DNA of 24,196 nucleotides, taken from assembly GCA_027460535.1 (NCBI GenBank), contig JAPZAR010000002.1, positions 1-24,196 on the forward strand, written 5' to 3'. Origin of the DNA: Candidatus Methanoperedens sp. Lineage in GTDB: Archaea; Halobacteriota; Methanosarcinia; Methanosarcinales; Methanoperedenaceae. Positions within the stretch are counted from its first letter, which is position 1; each line of letters starts with the position of its first letter. A program made the translations under genes and the position numbers. Under the pieces are notes generated by a model. The model was given only the letters and a program-made list of their open reading frames with translations, was not told the origin of the DNA and did not search any database. Shown piece after piece: positions 7,591-15,266 of the stretch.

Positions 7591-8604
7591 ATGGAAACAC
7601 GAAAAGTTTACGTTAGCGGTGGTTCGACCTATGTAATTTCATTGCCCAAAAAATGGGTTAAGAAAACGAATTTGAAACCCGGAGACTCTCTGGTGGTTAC
7701 AGAACATGGTAGTTCATTGCAGATCGAGACCGGTGTAATTGAAAAAGAGTCACGAACGAAGGAGATTAAAATCTCTCAAGTAATATCAAGTGATTCATTA
7801 GAGCGCATATTAATCGCTTTTTATCTGGTGGGTTATGATACGATCAAGATAAAACTTGACAGAAAGGATCATCTTGCATATCGAGAGATCATACGAAATA
7901 TTCTGGACTATCTGATCGGAGTAGAAATAGTCGAGGATACCAACGAAGCAATGACACTTGAAATAATGCTTGATTACAAACGTATGAGTACCATGCAGAT
8001 ACTCCAGAGAATGTTCTCCATCAACAGATCAATGCTTCTTGATTTAGGGAAAGCTTTGAAAAGCGTGGATATCGGGCTTGCGAAAGACGTCATAGTAAGG
8101 GAGCGGGAGATCGACCGCCTCTATTTCCTGGTCGTCAGGCAGCTTAAGAGCGCAGTTGAATACCAGCAGGTCGCGGAAAAGCTGGGGATAGAAGACCAGA
8201 GAGATTGCCTGGGTTACAGGATTGTTGTTAAAGTGCTTGAGCGAATTGCGGATCATATAGAGAACATGGCAAAAAGCTATATTCAGCTGGCTGAGATCAA
8301 TAAAGACGTGCAGCTGGGTGATTTCGTGAACCTCAATATCAGCATCGCGGCCATATTTGAAAAATCTGTGAATTCGTTGTTCACAAGAGACCATGCAACG
8401 GCTGAGAAAATTTTCCAGGAATTGAAGGAGATCAAGAAATCCCTTTCTAACCTCTCAAATGAATTACTTCAGCCCAAAAACATCCAGTCGGCAATCCTGC
8501 AGAAAACCATGCTCGATAGCCTGGATAGAATAGCAAGTTACAGCGGTGACATAGCAGAAATAGCTATCAATATGTCTGCAGGCGCCCTGACTTATGAAAG
8601 CTGA
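7591..8604 (+). CDS. AbrB/SpoVT-domain + tandem PhoU-domain protein, paralog 2
   Basis: 337 aa. N-terminus RKVYVSGGSTYVISLPKKWVKKTNLKPGDSLVV (AbrB-like). PhoU repeats include REREIDRLYFLVVRQL and LDRIASYSGDIAEIAI. Same architecture as 3243-4241, roughly 30% identical by eye. Confidence 0.85.
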   Translation: METRKVYVSGGSTYVISLPKKWVKKTNLKPGDSLVVTEHGSSLQIETGVIEKESRTKEIKISQVISSDSLERILIAFYLVGYDTIKIKLDRKDHLAYREIIRNILDYLIGVEIVEDTNEAMTLEIMLDYKRMSTMQILQRMFSINRSMLLDLGKALKSVDIGLAKDVIVREREIDRLYFLVVRQLKSAVEYQQVAEKLGIEDQRDCLGYRIVVKVLERIADHIENMAKSYIQLAEINKDVQLGDFVNLNISIAAIFEKSVNSLFTRDHATAEKIFQELKEIKKSLSNLSNELLQPKNIQSAILQKTMLDSLDRIASYSGDIAEIAINMSAGALTYES

Positions 8605-8738
8605 TTAGGAAATGAATAATGACATTTTGGCCTATCTTTTTAAGAATCTGAAGATTTTATATTAATTTCTCAGTAAGCAATAAATACATATAGTTTAATT
8701 ATGATTATTATAATAATAAACTCGCAGGAGGAAATGTA

Positions 8739-9143
8739 TTGTTCACGATGGGTTTTATTGACACTTTCATAGAGATATACAATGCCGGGGCGGCTTTCAT
8801 CATAATCTTCCTGATAGGGCAGATACTTTTCATGATGCGCAAAGTGGATAAGGATCTCTTGAAGGCCAGGCTATTTTTAAACGGATCGGTGATGGAGCGT
8901 ACTTGGATGTATATATCGATCGCAGGGGCATCGTTCGCTCTCAATACCCTTGTCAAATTCACTTTTATCCTCACAAATTTGGGTGATTCACTAAAAGAAT
9001 TCTACCTGGTTGAATTGACCCAGGTCATCTTCCTGATAGCCTTCATACTTGCTGTGCATAACTGGTACATATTCATTGGAAGCTTTGTGAACCAGAAAGA
9101 GGGGTCAGCAGAATCGAGCAAATGGAAAAAAATATTCATTTAA
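8739..9143 (+). CDS. Hypothetical small integral membrane protein (134 aa, TTG start)
   Basis: Three to four hydrophobic segments. AGGAGG at 8725-8730 lies 8 nt upstream of the TTG. I recognise no family. Confidence 0.5.
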   Translation: MFTMGFIDTFIEIYNAGAAFIIIFLIGQILFMMRKVDKDLLKARLFLNGSVMERTWMYISIAGASFALNTLVKFTFILTNLGDSLKEFYLVELTQVIFLIAFILAVHNWYIFIGSFVNQKEGSAESSKWKKIFI

Positions 9144-9202
9144 TTATCCCTTCGTAAGGCAGTAAGTGCAGGAATCACTGTACGACTATCTCGCATGGGG
9201 CC

Positions 9203-9586
9203 TCATTTTTTCCCCGATCTCTCAAGATAATCCTTTATTGCTGCATGCAATCCATCTGCTGCAAGGTTTGAGCAGTGCATCTTGATCGGTGGAAGGCCAT
9301 CAAGCGCGTCTGCTACATCATTACGTGATATTTTGAGCCCCTCCTCAAGGGTCTTTCCTTTTGCCATTTCGGTGATCATGCTGCTCGTCGCGATAGCGGC
9401 GCCGCAGCCGAAGGTCTTGAATTTGACATCCTCAAGCCTGTTGTCTTTCACTTTGATGTAGATCCACATGAGGTCACCACAAACCGGGTTTCCCACCTTG
9501 CCGATGCCATCCGCATCTTTTATTTCGCCCACGTTTCTCGGGTTGGCAAAATGTTCCATCACTTTTTCGCTGTATCCGTCCGTCAT
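9203..9586 (-). CDS. iscU: Fe-S cluster assembly scaffold IscU/NifU-like
   Basis: 127 aa with the three scaffold cysteines in GNPVCGD, FGCGAAIA and HCSNLA. It lies 3 nt downstream of iscS. Confidence 0.9.
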   Translation of the reverse strand: MTDGYSEKVMEHFANPRNVGEIKDADGIGKVGNPVCGDLMWIYIKVKDNRLEDVKFKTFGCGAAIATSSMITEMAKGKTLEEGLKISRNDVADALDGLPPIKMHCSNLAADGLHAAIKDYLERSGKK

Positions 9587-9589
9587 ATG

Positions 9590-10750
9590 TTACCTCGCCA
9601 GCGGCGATATCATTCTGAGCTTATTGACAATATCAGGCAGTGTTGAAACCACATAATCCACGTCTTCCTGCGTGTTGCCAAGCCCGAGGGTCAACCTGAG
9701 AGAACCGTGCGCTTCCTCTGGTTTCAATCCAATCGCCATGAGAACATGCGACGGCTCAAGCGATGTGGAGGAGCAGGCAGAACCCGTGGATGCTGCAACT
9801 CCTTTCATATCAAGGTTCAGTATCATTGACTCACCTTCGATATAGCTGAACCTGAAATTCGCATTATTGGGAAGGCGTTTTGTGGGATGTCCGTTAAGAT
9901 ATGATTCTTTGATATCAAGAATTCCCTTGATGAGAGAATCCCTGAGGATTGCTAATTTTTGCTCTTGAGGAAGGCGTTCCTTTGCAAGCTCTGCTGCTTT
10001 CCCGAATCCAACGATCCCCGGGACATTTTCTGTGCTTGAGCGTATGTTTCTCTCATGCCCTCCGCCATGCAGTAGCGGCTCCACCACAGTCCCCTTCCTG
10101 ATGTAAAGGGCACCTACACCTTTTGGTCCGTATATCTTATGCGCGCTCATTGATAACAGGTTTACACCGAGTGCGTCCACATTGACAGGGAGCTTTCCCG
10201 CCGTCTGTACCGCATCAGTATGAAATGGAATATTCTTTTCTTTTGCTATTTTCCCGATCTCTTCGATGGGCTGGATAGTCCCTATCTCGTTGTTAGCGTG
10301 CATTATCGTTATAAGTATGGTCTTTGTTGTTATCGCTTTCTCAACATCCAGAGGTTCCACCAATCCTTCCTTGCTCACCGGAAGATAGGTTACTTTGAAT
10401 CCCTGAGCTTCAAGATATTTGCACGTGTTGAGAACTGCATGGTGCTCGATACAACTTGTGATTATATGGTCTCCTTTCTTCCTGTTCTTATAGGCAAACC
10501 CCTTAATGGCGAGATTATCGGATTCGGTGCCGCTGCCTGTGAATATTATCTCCTCTTTTTTGGCCCCTACCAGGTCCGCGACTTTTTGCCTCGCCTCTTC
10601 AATGGCCTTTCTTGCCTGTCTTCCTACTGTATAAAGGCTTGAAGGGTTGCCGAATTTTTCGGAAAAATAAGGAAACATTGCTTCTGTGACAGCTGGATCA
10701 GCCGCAGTCGTTGCACTGTGGTCCATATACACTTGACGGGTCATAGTCAA
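9590..10750 (-). CDS. iscS: Cysteine desulfurase (IscS/NifS class)
   Basis: 386 aa. PLP-lysine motif SAHKIYGPKGVGALY, active-site loop STGSACSS, and HANNE.G. Confidence 0.92.
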   Translation of the reverse strand: MTMTRQVYMDHSATTAADPAVTEAMFPYFSEKFGNPSSLYTVGRQARKAIEEARQKVADLVGAKKEEIIFTGSGTESDNLAIKGFAYKNRKKGDHIITSCIEHHAVLNTCKYLEAQGFKVTYLPVSKEGLVEPLDVEKAITTKTILITIMHANNEIGTIQPIEEIGKIAKEKNIPFHTDAVQTAGKLPVNVDALGVNLLSMSAHKIYGPKGVGALYIRKGTVVEPLLHGGGHERNIRSSTENVPGIVGFGKAAELAKERLPQEQKLAILRDSLIKGILDIKESYLNGHPTKRLPNNANFRFSYIEGESMILNLDMKGVAASTGSACSSTSLEPSHVLMAIGLKPEEAHGSLRLTLGLGNTQEDVDYVVSTLPDIVNKLRMISPLAR

Positions 10751-10890
10751 TTGTTATGTCGCGTTACCAGAATATACTTAACGATAGCGTCATGCATACA
10801 TAAAATATAAATGCTATGTCCAAGTATTAAGCCTGCCCAGAATCAGGGCCGCGCCGGATATTTCCGGGGCTAAAGCCACAGGAGGATACG

Positions 10891-11610
10891 ATGGCTAAAA
10901 AGGAAGAACCAAAAGAAGTAAAAGAAACAGCAAAGGAAGCCCCTAAGAAAGAGGCTCCCAAGAAAGAAGCGCCGCAAGAGGCAAAGAAAGAAAAGAAAGA
11001 AGAGAAGAAATTCGAAGGAAAAGGGGAAGGGAAAGAACACCCAAAGAAAGAGCGCAAAGGTGCCCCAAAAGAGGGGAAAAAGGAAGCACCAAAGGCCAAA
11101 GAAGCCGGGCCTGAGATAAGACACATTGTCCGCATAGCCGATGCTGATCTTGAAGGGAGAAGAAGCGTCCAATACGCCCTCACTGGAATAAAGGGTATAA
11201 GCAGACGTCTCGCAAAGGTGGTCTCAACCAATGCGGGTCTTGATCCCATGGCTACGCTGGGATACCTTAATGATGCTGATATCGAAAGATTACAATTATC
11301 TGTGGATAAGATCCCTACCGTTATCCCGTACTGGATGATGAATAAGCAGAACGACTACATGACAGGCGAAGACAGGCATGTCATAGGAATAGACGTAATG
11401 ATGAGCCTCAATGAAGACTTGAACCTCATGAAGAAGATGCGATCCTATAAAGGTGTCAGGCATGAAAAAGGTCTCAGAGTCAGGGGCCAGCGCACCAGGT
11501 CGACAGGTCGCAAGGGCAGGGTAGTAGGAGTCACGCGTGCAGCCATCGCAGCAACCAAGGCAGCGGCCAAGGAAGGAGAAAAAACAGAAGAAAAGAAGGG
11601 TGGTAAATAA
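10891..11610 (+). CDS. rps13: 30S ribosomal protein uS13 with a 74-residue Lys/Glu/Ala/Pro-rich N-terminal extension and a K/A/E-rich C-terminal tail
   Basis: The core from residue 75 ([29 protein letters not shown]...[22 protein letters not shown]) is canonical archaeal S13. AGGAGG at 10880-10885 lies 5 nt before the ATG. There is no other in-frame ATG/GTG/TTG before the conserved core. The minus-strand ORFs 10827-11249 and 10870-11172 are shadows of the purine-rich coding strand. Confidence 0.9.
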   Translation: MAKKEEPKEVKETAKEAPKKEAPKKEAPQEAKKEKKEEKKFEGKGEGKEHPKKERKGAPKEGKKEAPKAKEAGPEIRHIVRIADADLEGRRSVQYALTGIKGISRRLAKVVSTNAGLDPMATLGYLNDADIERLQLSVDKIPTVIPYWMMNKQNDYMTGEDRHVIGIDVMMSLNEDLNLMKKMRSYKGVRHEKGLRVRGQRTRSTGRKGRVVGVTRAAIAATKAAAKEGEKTEEKKGGK

Positions 11611-12221
11611 TGGGATACCCAGGGAAAAACCGGAAAACATACGAAACGCCAAAACATCCCTGGCAGGCTACCAGGATGGCTTCAGAGGTCGAACTCGTAA
11701 AGAGATACGGTCTTCGAAATAAAAAAGAGGTGTGGAAGGCGCACAGCGGTCTTAAGAAATACAGGGAACTGGCAAGAAAGCTCCTGGCTGAAAGCACAAA
11801 AGGTAAGCTCTCGGGTCATGTGAAAACAGATTCAGATAATATATTGAACAGGCTGAAACGATATTCTCTTTTAAAAACCGACGGCGTGCTTGACGACATA
11901 CTCTCGCTTGATGTAACCAATTTCCTTGAGAGGCGTCTTCAGACCCAGGTACATAAGCAGGGACTTGCTAACACCATAAAACAGGCGCGTCAATTCATAG
12001 TGCACGGACATATCTCGGTCGGTGGCAAAAAAGTCACTGTTCCGGGTTATATTGTTTCTGCTGAAGAGGAATTGCGGCTGGATTATTATGGAAATTCGCC
12101 ATTATCGGGTGAATCACATCCATCAAGACCCACACAGGTGGCAAGAGCAATCGTGAAAGAACAGGCTGCACCCCCGCAGGAGAATATCGGAACTAAGAAT
12201 GAGCCCAGGATGGAGGTCTAA
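11610..12221 (+). CDS. rps4: 30S ribosomal protein uS4
   Basis: [18 protein letters not shown]... plus the S4 RNA-binding domain (LERRLQT.V...[21 protein letters not shown]). Its start overlaps the rps13 stop (TAATG). Confidence 0.92.
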   Translation: MGYPGKNRKTYETPKHPWQATRMASEVELVKRYGLRNKKEVWKAHSGLKKYRELARKLLAESTKGKLSGHVKTDSDNILNRLKRYSLLKTDGVLDDILSLDVTNFLERRLQTQVHKQGLANTIKQARQFIVHGHISVGGKKVTVPGYIVSAEEELRLDYYGNSPLSGESHPSRPTQVARAIVKEQAAPPQENIGTKNEPRMEV

Positions 12222-12223
12222 CA

Positions 12224-12604
12224 ATGGCAACAGAAAAATGGGGCGTAGCCCATATATATTCATCATTTAATAATACCCTGATTACGGTCACTGATTTAAC
12301 AGGGGCAGAAACCATCGCGAAAATAAGCGGAGGCATGGTCACAAAAGCAGCGAGGGAAGAGAGCTCTCCATATACTGCCATGCAAATGGCCACCCAGATC
12401 GCTGATAAAATAAGGGATAAAGGAGTCACCGGCATCCATATAAAAGTAAGAGCACCCGGGGGCAATATGCAACGAAGCCCGGGACCTGGAGCTCAGGCAG
12501 CTATCAGGGCATTTGCGCGTGCCGGGATTAAGATTGGGCGCATCGAGGATGTTACGCCGATACCCCACGATGGCACGAAAGCTAAAAAGGGAAGGCGAGT
12601 ATAA
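12224..12604 (+). CDS. rps11: 30S ribosomal protein uS11
   Basis: 126 aa. [31 protein letters not shown]...SPYTAMQMA...[10 protein letters not shown] is canonical S11. GGAGG lies upstream. Confidence 0.95.
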   Translation: MATEKWGVAHIYSSFNNTLITVTDLTGAETIAKISGGMVTKAAREESSPYTAMQMATQIADKIRDKGVTGIHIKVRAPGGNMQRSPGPGAQAAIRAFARAGIKIGRIEDVTPIPHDGTKAKKGRRV

Positions 12605-12606
12605 TA

Positions 12607-13392
12607 ATGGATATAGACATCATAGAATTATCAGAACGAAAGGCGAGATTTGTTCTATCCGGGGTTTCTGCTTCAATCGCCAATGCATTGAGAAGGAGCA
12701 TCCTTTCGGAGGTCCCGGTACTGGCAATAGATGACGTGAATATCTATGATAACACATCTGTTCTTTTTGATGAGCAGCTTACTTTGAGATTGGGTCTCAT
12801 ACCCTTAAAGGCAGATACCAAGAATTATTCCTTCCCGGAGGAATGCAGCTGCAAGGGGCAGGGTTGCCCAATCTGCCAGGTCTCATTGACGCTCAGCGCC
12901 GAGGGTCCGAAGGTCGTTTATGCCGGCGACATGGTCTCAACAGACCCGGGGGTCCGACCTGCAGATACTACTATACCCATCGTTGAACTCAAGGAAAAGC
13001 ACAAGGTCGTGGTCGAGGCGATAGCAAGGCTCGGAACAGGCAGAAAGCACGTGAAATGGCAGGCAGGAATTGCAAGCGGATATAAGAACATGCCTGTGGT
13101 AACTATAGGCGATTGCGATGGATGCGGTAAATGCATCGAAGCATGCCCGCGGGATATCTTGAAATTGAACGGTGAAAAGGTCAAGGTCACGGACATAATA
13201 GAATGTTCGATGTGCAAGCTATGCGAAAAAGCCTGTGATGCGAATGCAATTAAAGTGAGCTACGACCCTGAATCCTTTGTGATGACATTTGAAACGAGCG
13301 GTTCTACTGCAGCAGTTGAACTTGTTATCGATGCCGCCGAGAGTATAAAGAAAAGAGCAGGACAATTAGGCGAGATACTTGACACGCTCTGA
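12607..13392 (+). CDS. rpoD: DNA-directed RNA polymerase subunit D (Rpo3) with a ferredoxin-like domain carrying two complete 4Fe-4S motifs
   Basis: 261 aa. N-terminus ANALRR..L.EVP..AID.V.I..NTSVL.DE.L..RLGLIPL. Insert CDGCGKCIEACP (CX2CX2CX3CP) and CSMCKLCEKAC (13114-13236). An extra CSCKGQGCPIC cluster lies at 12844-12876. Its position after rps11 is the conserved archaeal order. Confidence 0.92.
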   Translation: MDIDIIELSERKARFVLSGVSASIANALRRSILSEVPVLAIDDVNIYDNTSVLFDEQLTLRLGLIPLKADTKNYSFPEECSCKGQGCPICQVSLTLSAEGPKVVYAGDMVSTDPGVRPADTTIPIVELKEKHKVVVEAIARLGTGRKHVKWQAGIASGYKNMPVVTIGDCDGCGKCIEACPRDILKLNGEKVKVTDIIECSMCKLCEKACDANAIKVSYDPESFVMTFETSGSTAAVELVIDAAESIKKRAGQLGEILDTL

Positions 13393-13461
13393 TTATCGCC
13401 TATAATTTTTAACAATTGCAAAAATATATCACCGGGATAAGCTATAGAGGGATATCGATTT

Positions 13462-13502
13462 GCGGAGGTTGCCCAGACCGGTCAAAGGCGCCAGCTTGAG
13501 GG
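13462..13502 (+). pseudogene. Orphan 5' half of a tRNA-Leu-like gene (acceptor 5' strand through anticodon loop only)
   Basis: GCGGAGGTTGCCCAGACCGGTCAAAGGCGCCAGCTTGAGGG matches the first 41 nt of the intact tRNA at 13615 except in the acceptor and anticodon-stem strands. I found no 3' half (GCTGG, T-arm, CCTCCGC) downstream. Confidence 0.6.
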
Positions 13503-13614
13503 TTATGCTCGAAGCATGGCACAAGATTTAAGTCTGGGTATCACGAAAATAGCATAAAAAAAGATGTAACTTAACAGATATAAACCTTGCGCAAAAGATA
13601 GCGCAAACATATAT

Positions 13615-13702
13615 GCGAGGGTTGCCCAGACCGGTCAAAGGCGATAGCTTGAGGGGCTATTTCCGTAGGGATTCATGGGTTCAAATCCCATCCCTCGCAC
13701 CA
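13615..13702 (+). tRNA. tRNA-Leu (anticodon GAG), class II with long variable arm, encoded CCA
   Basis: Hand fold: GCGAGGG-UU-GCC/CAGACCGGUCAAA/GGC-G-AUAGC/UUGAGGG/GCUAU-UUCCGUAGGGAUUC-AUGGG/UUCAAAU/CCCAU-CCCUCGC-A-CCA. A TATA-like GATATAAA sits about 30 nt upstream. Confidence 0.9.
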
Positions 13703-13880
13703 ATTATCCTATTTTAGTCCGGCATCTCATGAGGATACACATTTATTACTATCATTTTTAAAAAGGGGTAGGGCGCCCCTGTCAGAACGACAGCAGTAAA
13801 TTCGGTAACTCATAAAGCCGCAACTGCAGATCACCTGGCAACCCAGGCTATCCAAGTCACAGCGGCGCCCTCTCAACAAT

Positions 13881-14060
13881 CACACAAAGAAGACCTTTGC
13901 AAAGGCAATGAGGCGAAGATTTCAGTTCACAGCGATCGACGAGGCGCATAAGATCAAGGCAAAGGATAGCGAGCAGGCAAAAGCAGTCAGAATGCTGAAG
14001 GCAAGGTACAAGCTCCTCTCGACTGGAACGCCAATAGCCAACTATCCAAGGAACATTTTC
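13881..14060 (+). pseudogene. Relic of an SNF2/Rad54-family helicase (motif II-III segment only)
   Basis: The reading frame gives ...RRFQFTAIDEAHKIKAKDSEQAKAVRMLKARYKLLSTGTPIANYPRNIF. This is the DEAH box followed by the (L/S)TGTPI.N motif with SNF2-typical spacing. There is no Walker A region upstream (in-frame stop at 13806-13808). Similarity ends at 14060, where the minus-strand operon begins. The rest of track ORF 13908-14264 is antisense to a real gene. Confidence 0.6.
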
Positions 14061-14302
14061 TATGAAGAATCTTTTCCGTTTGCTTCGATTATTGGAATTG
14101 TAACTATTTTATCGTCACCTATTTGGGTTACCGAGAATTCCTTTTTAGCAAGCTCTTTGAATAATTCCTTCTGTTCGGCGGTCATCATAGACTCAATTTG
14201 TTGTTCTGATAGATTATTAACATCTAAGCCAGAAAGACTTTGCAGATTTGAAACATCTAACTGATTTTCTTGTTTTTGTGTATATGCACTTACCGCCGTC
14301 AT
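14060..14302 (-). CDS. Small acidic, Gln/Glu-rich soluble protein (80 aa), last gene of the ABC operon
   Basis: Its ATG overlaps the ATPase stop (ATGA at 14299-14302). It has no TM segment and I recognise no family. Confidence 0.5.
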   Translation of the reverse strand: MTAVSAYTQKQENQLDVSNLQSLSGLDVNNLSEQQIESMMTAEQKELFKELAKKEFSVTQIGDDKIVTIPIIEANGKDSS

Positions 14303-15264
14303 GCAGATTCTTCTATCAGCTTCAGGAACACTCGTTGCAGATCCATCCTCTCCTCCTCGAATTTGGAAATTGTTCCGCCCATGGACTTCACAGCCATTGC
14401 TATTTCCATGCGCACGCCCGGATCCGTCAGAAGCGAGACATGACCGTTTGCTTTCTCCACTGAACGCATACCTTTCAATCCCTTCAATCCCTCCACAACC
14501 CTCTGCATTGGCAGATCATTTACTTCAAGTGCATACCTGACGCCTACCTTTCCCCTCACCCTATCTCTGAGTTCCTCCACTGTGCCTTCAGCAAGCAGCT
14601 TGCCCCTAGCTATAACCCCTATCCTATCGCATATCTCCTCAACCTCTGCCATGCTGTGACTGCTCAAAAATACGGTTACGCCTTTTTCTTTGCTGAGTTT
14701 TTTAATCAAATCCCGCATCATCTGGGCTCCCAGGGGATCGATGCCGCTGGTAGGTTCATCAAGGAACAGCACGCTAGGCTCGTTTATCAGTGCCTGAGCG
14801 AGACCGAAACGTTTGCGCATGCCGGTTGAGAATCCGCCTGTTCTCTGGTCTACAGCACGGTTAAGACCAACCAGTTCAAGCAGGTCAACGATACGTTTCT
14901 CCCTTGTCTTTTCATCGATATCGTAGAGCTTGGCATAGAACCTGAGGTTCTGCCTTGCAGTGAGGTTATCATAATAGCCAGCGGGTTCTGGTAAAACCCC
15001 AGTGGCTTCCCGTATCTTTATAATCTCTCTCACAATATCATAGCCTGCTACTTTGCCTGTGCCGCTTGTAGGTTCAAGCAAGCCTATGAGCATCTTCATA
15101 GTAGTGGTCTTGCCTGCGCCATTAGGACCAACAAAGCCAAAGACCTCCCCCTTTTTAACCCTCAGGTTAAGCGAATCCACTGCTATAAGTTCATGTTTCT
15201 TACCAAAACTCTTGGTAAGATTTATAGTTTCTATAATGTTTTCATTTCGATCGATTTTATTCAT
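14299..15264 (-). CDS. ABC transporter ATP-binding protein (ABC-2/DrrA-NosF-like) with a DUF4162-type C-terminal extension
   Basis: Walker A GPNGAGKTT, Q-loop, degenerate signature FSTGMRKR, Walker B VLFLDEPTSGIDP, H-loop SSHSM, and a ~90-aa C-terminal domain. Confidence 0.92.
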   Translation of the reverse strand: MNKIDRNENIIETINLTKSFGKKHELIAVDSLNLRVKKGEVFGFVGPNGAGKTTTMKMLIGLLEPTSGTGKVAGYDIVREIIKIREATGVLPEPAGYYDNLTARQNLRFYAKLYDIDEKTREKRIVDLLELVGLNRAVDQRTGGFSTGMRKRFGLAQALINEPSVLFLDEPTSGIDPLGAQMMRDLIKKLSKEKGVTVFLSSHSMAEVEEICDRIGVIARGKLLAEGTVEELRDRVRGKVGVRYALEVNDLPMQRVVEGLKGLKGMRSVEKANGHVSLLTDPGVRMEIAMAVKSMGGTISKFEEERMDLQRVFLKLIEESA

Positions 15265-15266
15265 AT

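Noticed and set aside
10827-11249. Two long minus-strand ORFs (140 aa and 100 aa, F/S/L-rich) opposite the start of rps13
   Set aside because: They mirror the purine-rich Lys/Glu coding strand. They are low-complexity and have no RBS. The + strand frame continues into an unmistakable uS13 core.
13462-13614. An intron-containing or long-intron tRNA-Leu starting at 13462
   Set aside because: I looked for a 3' exon (GCUGG anticodon-stem strand, GGTTC T-arm, CCTCCGC acceptor strand) in the following 112 nt and found none. The nearest candidate, TCTGGG at about 13533, is followed by no T-arm.
13908-14264. The 118-aa ORF treated as an intact gene
   Set aside because: Only the first ~51 codons show helicase motifs. 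The remainder is antisense to the 80-aa operon gene. The upstream part of any helicase (Walker A) is missing. I called it a relic instead.
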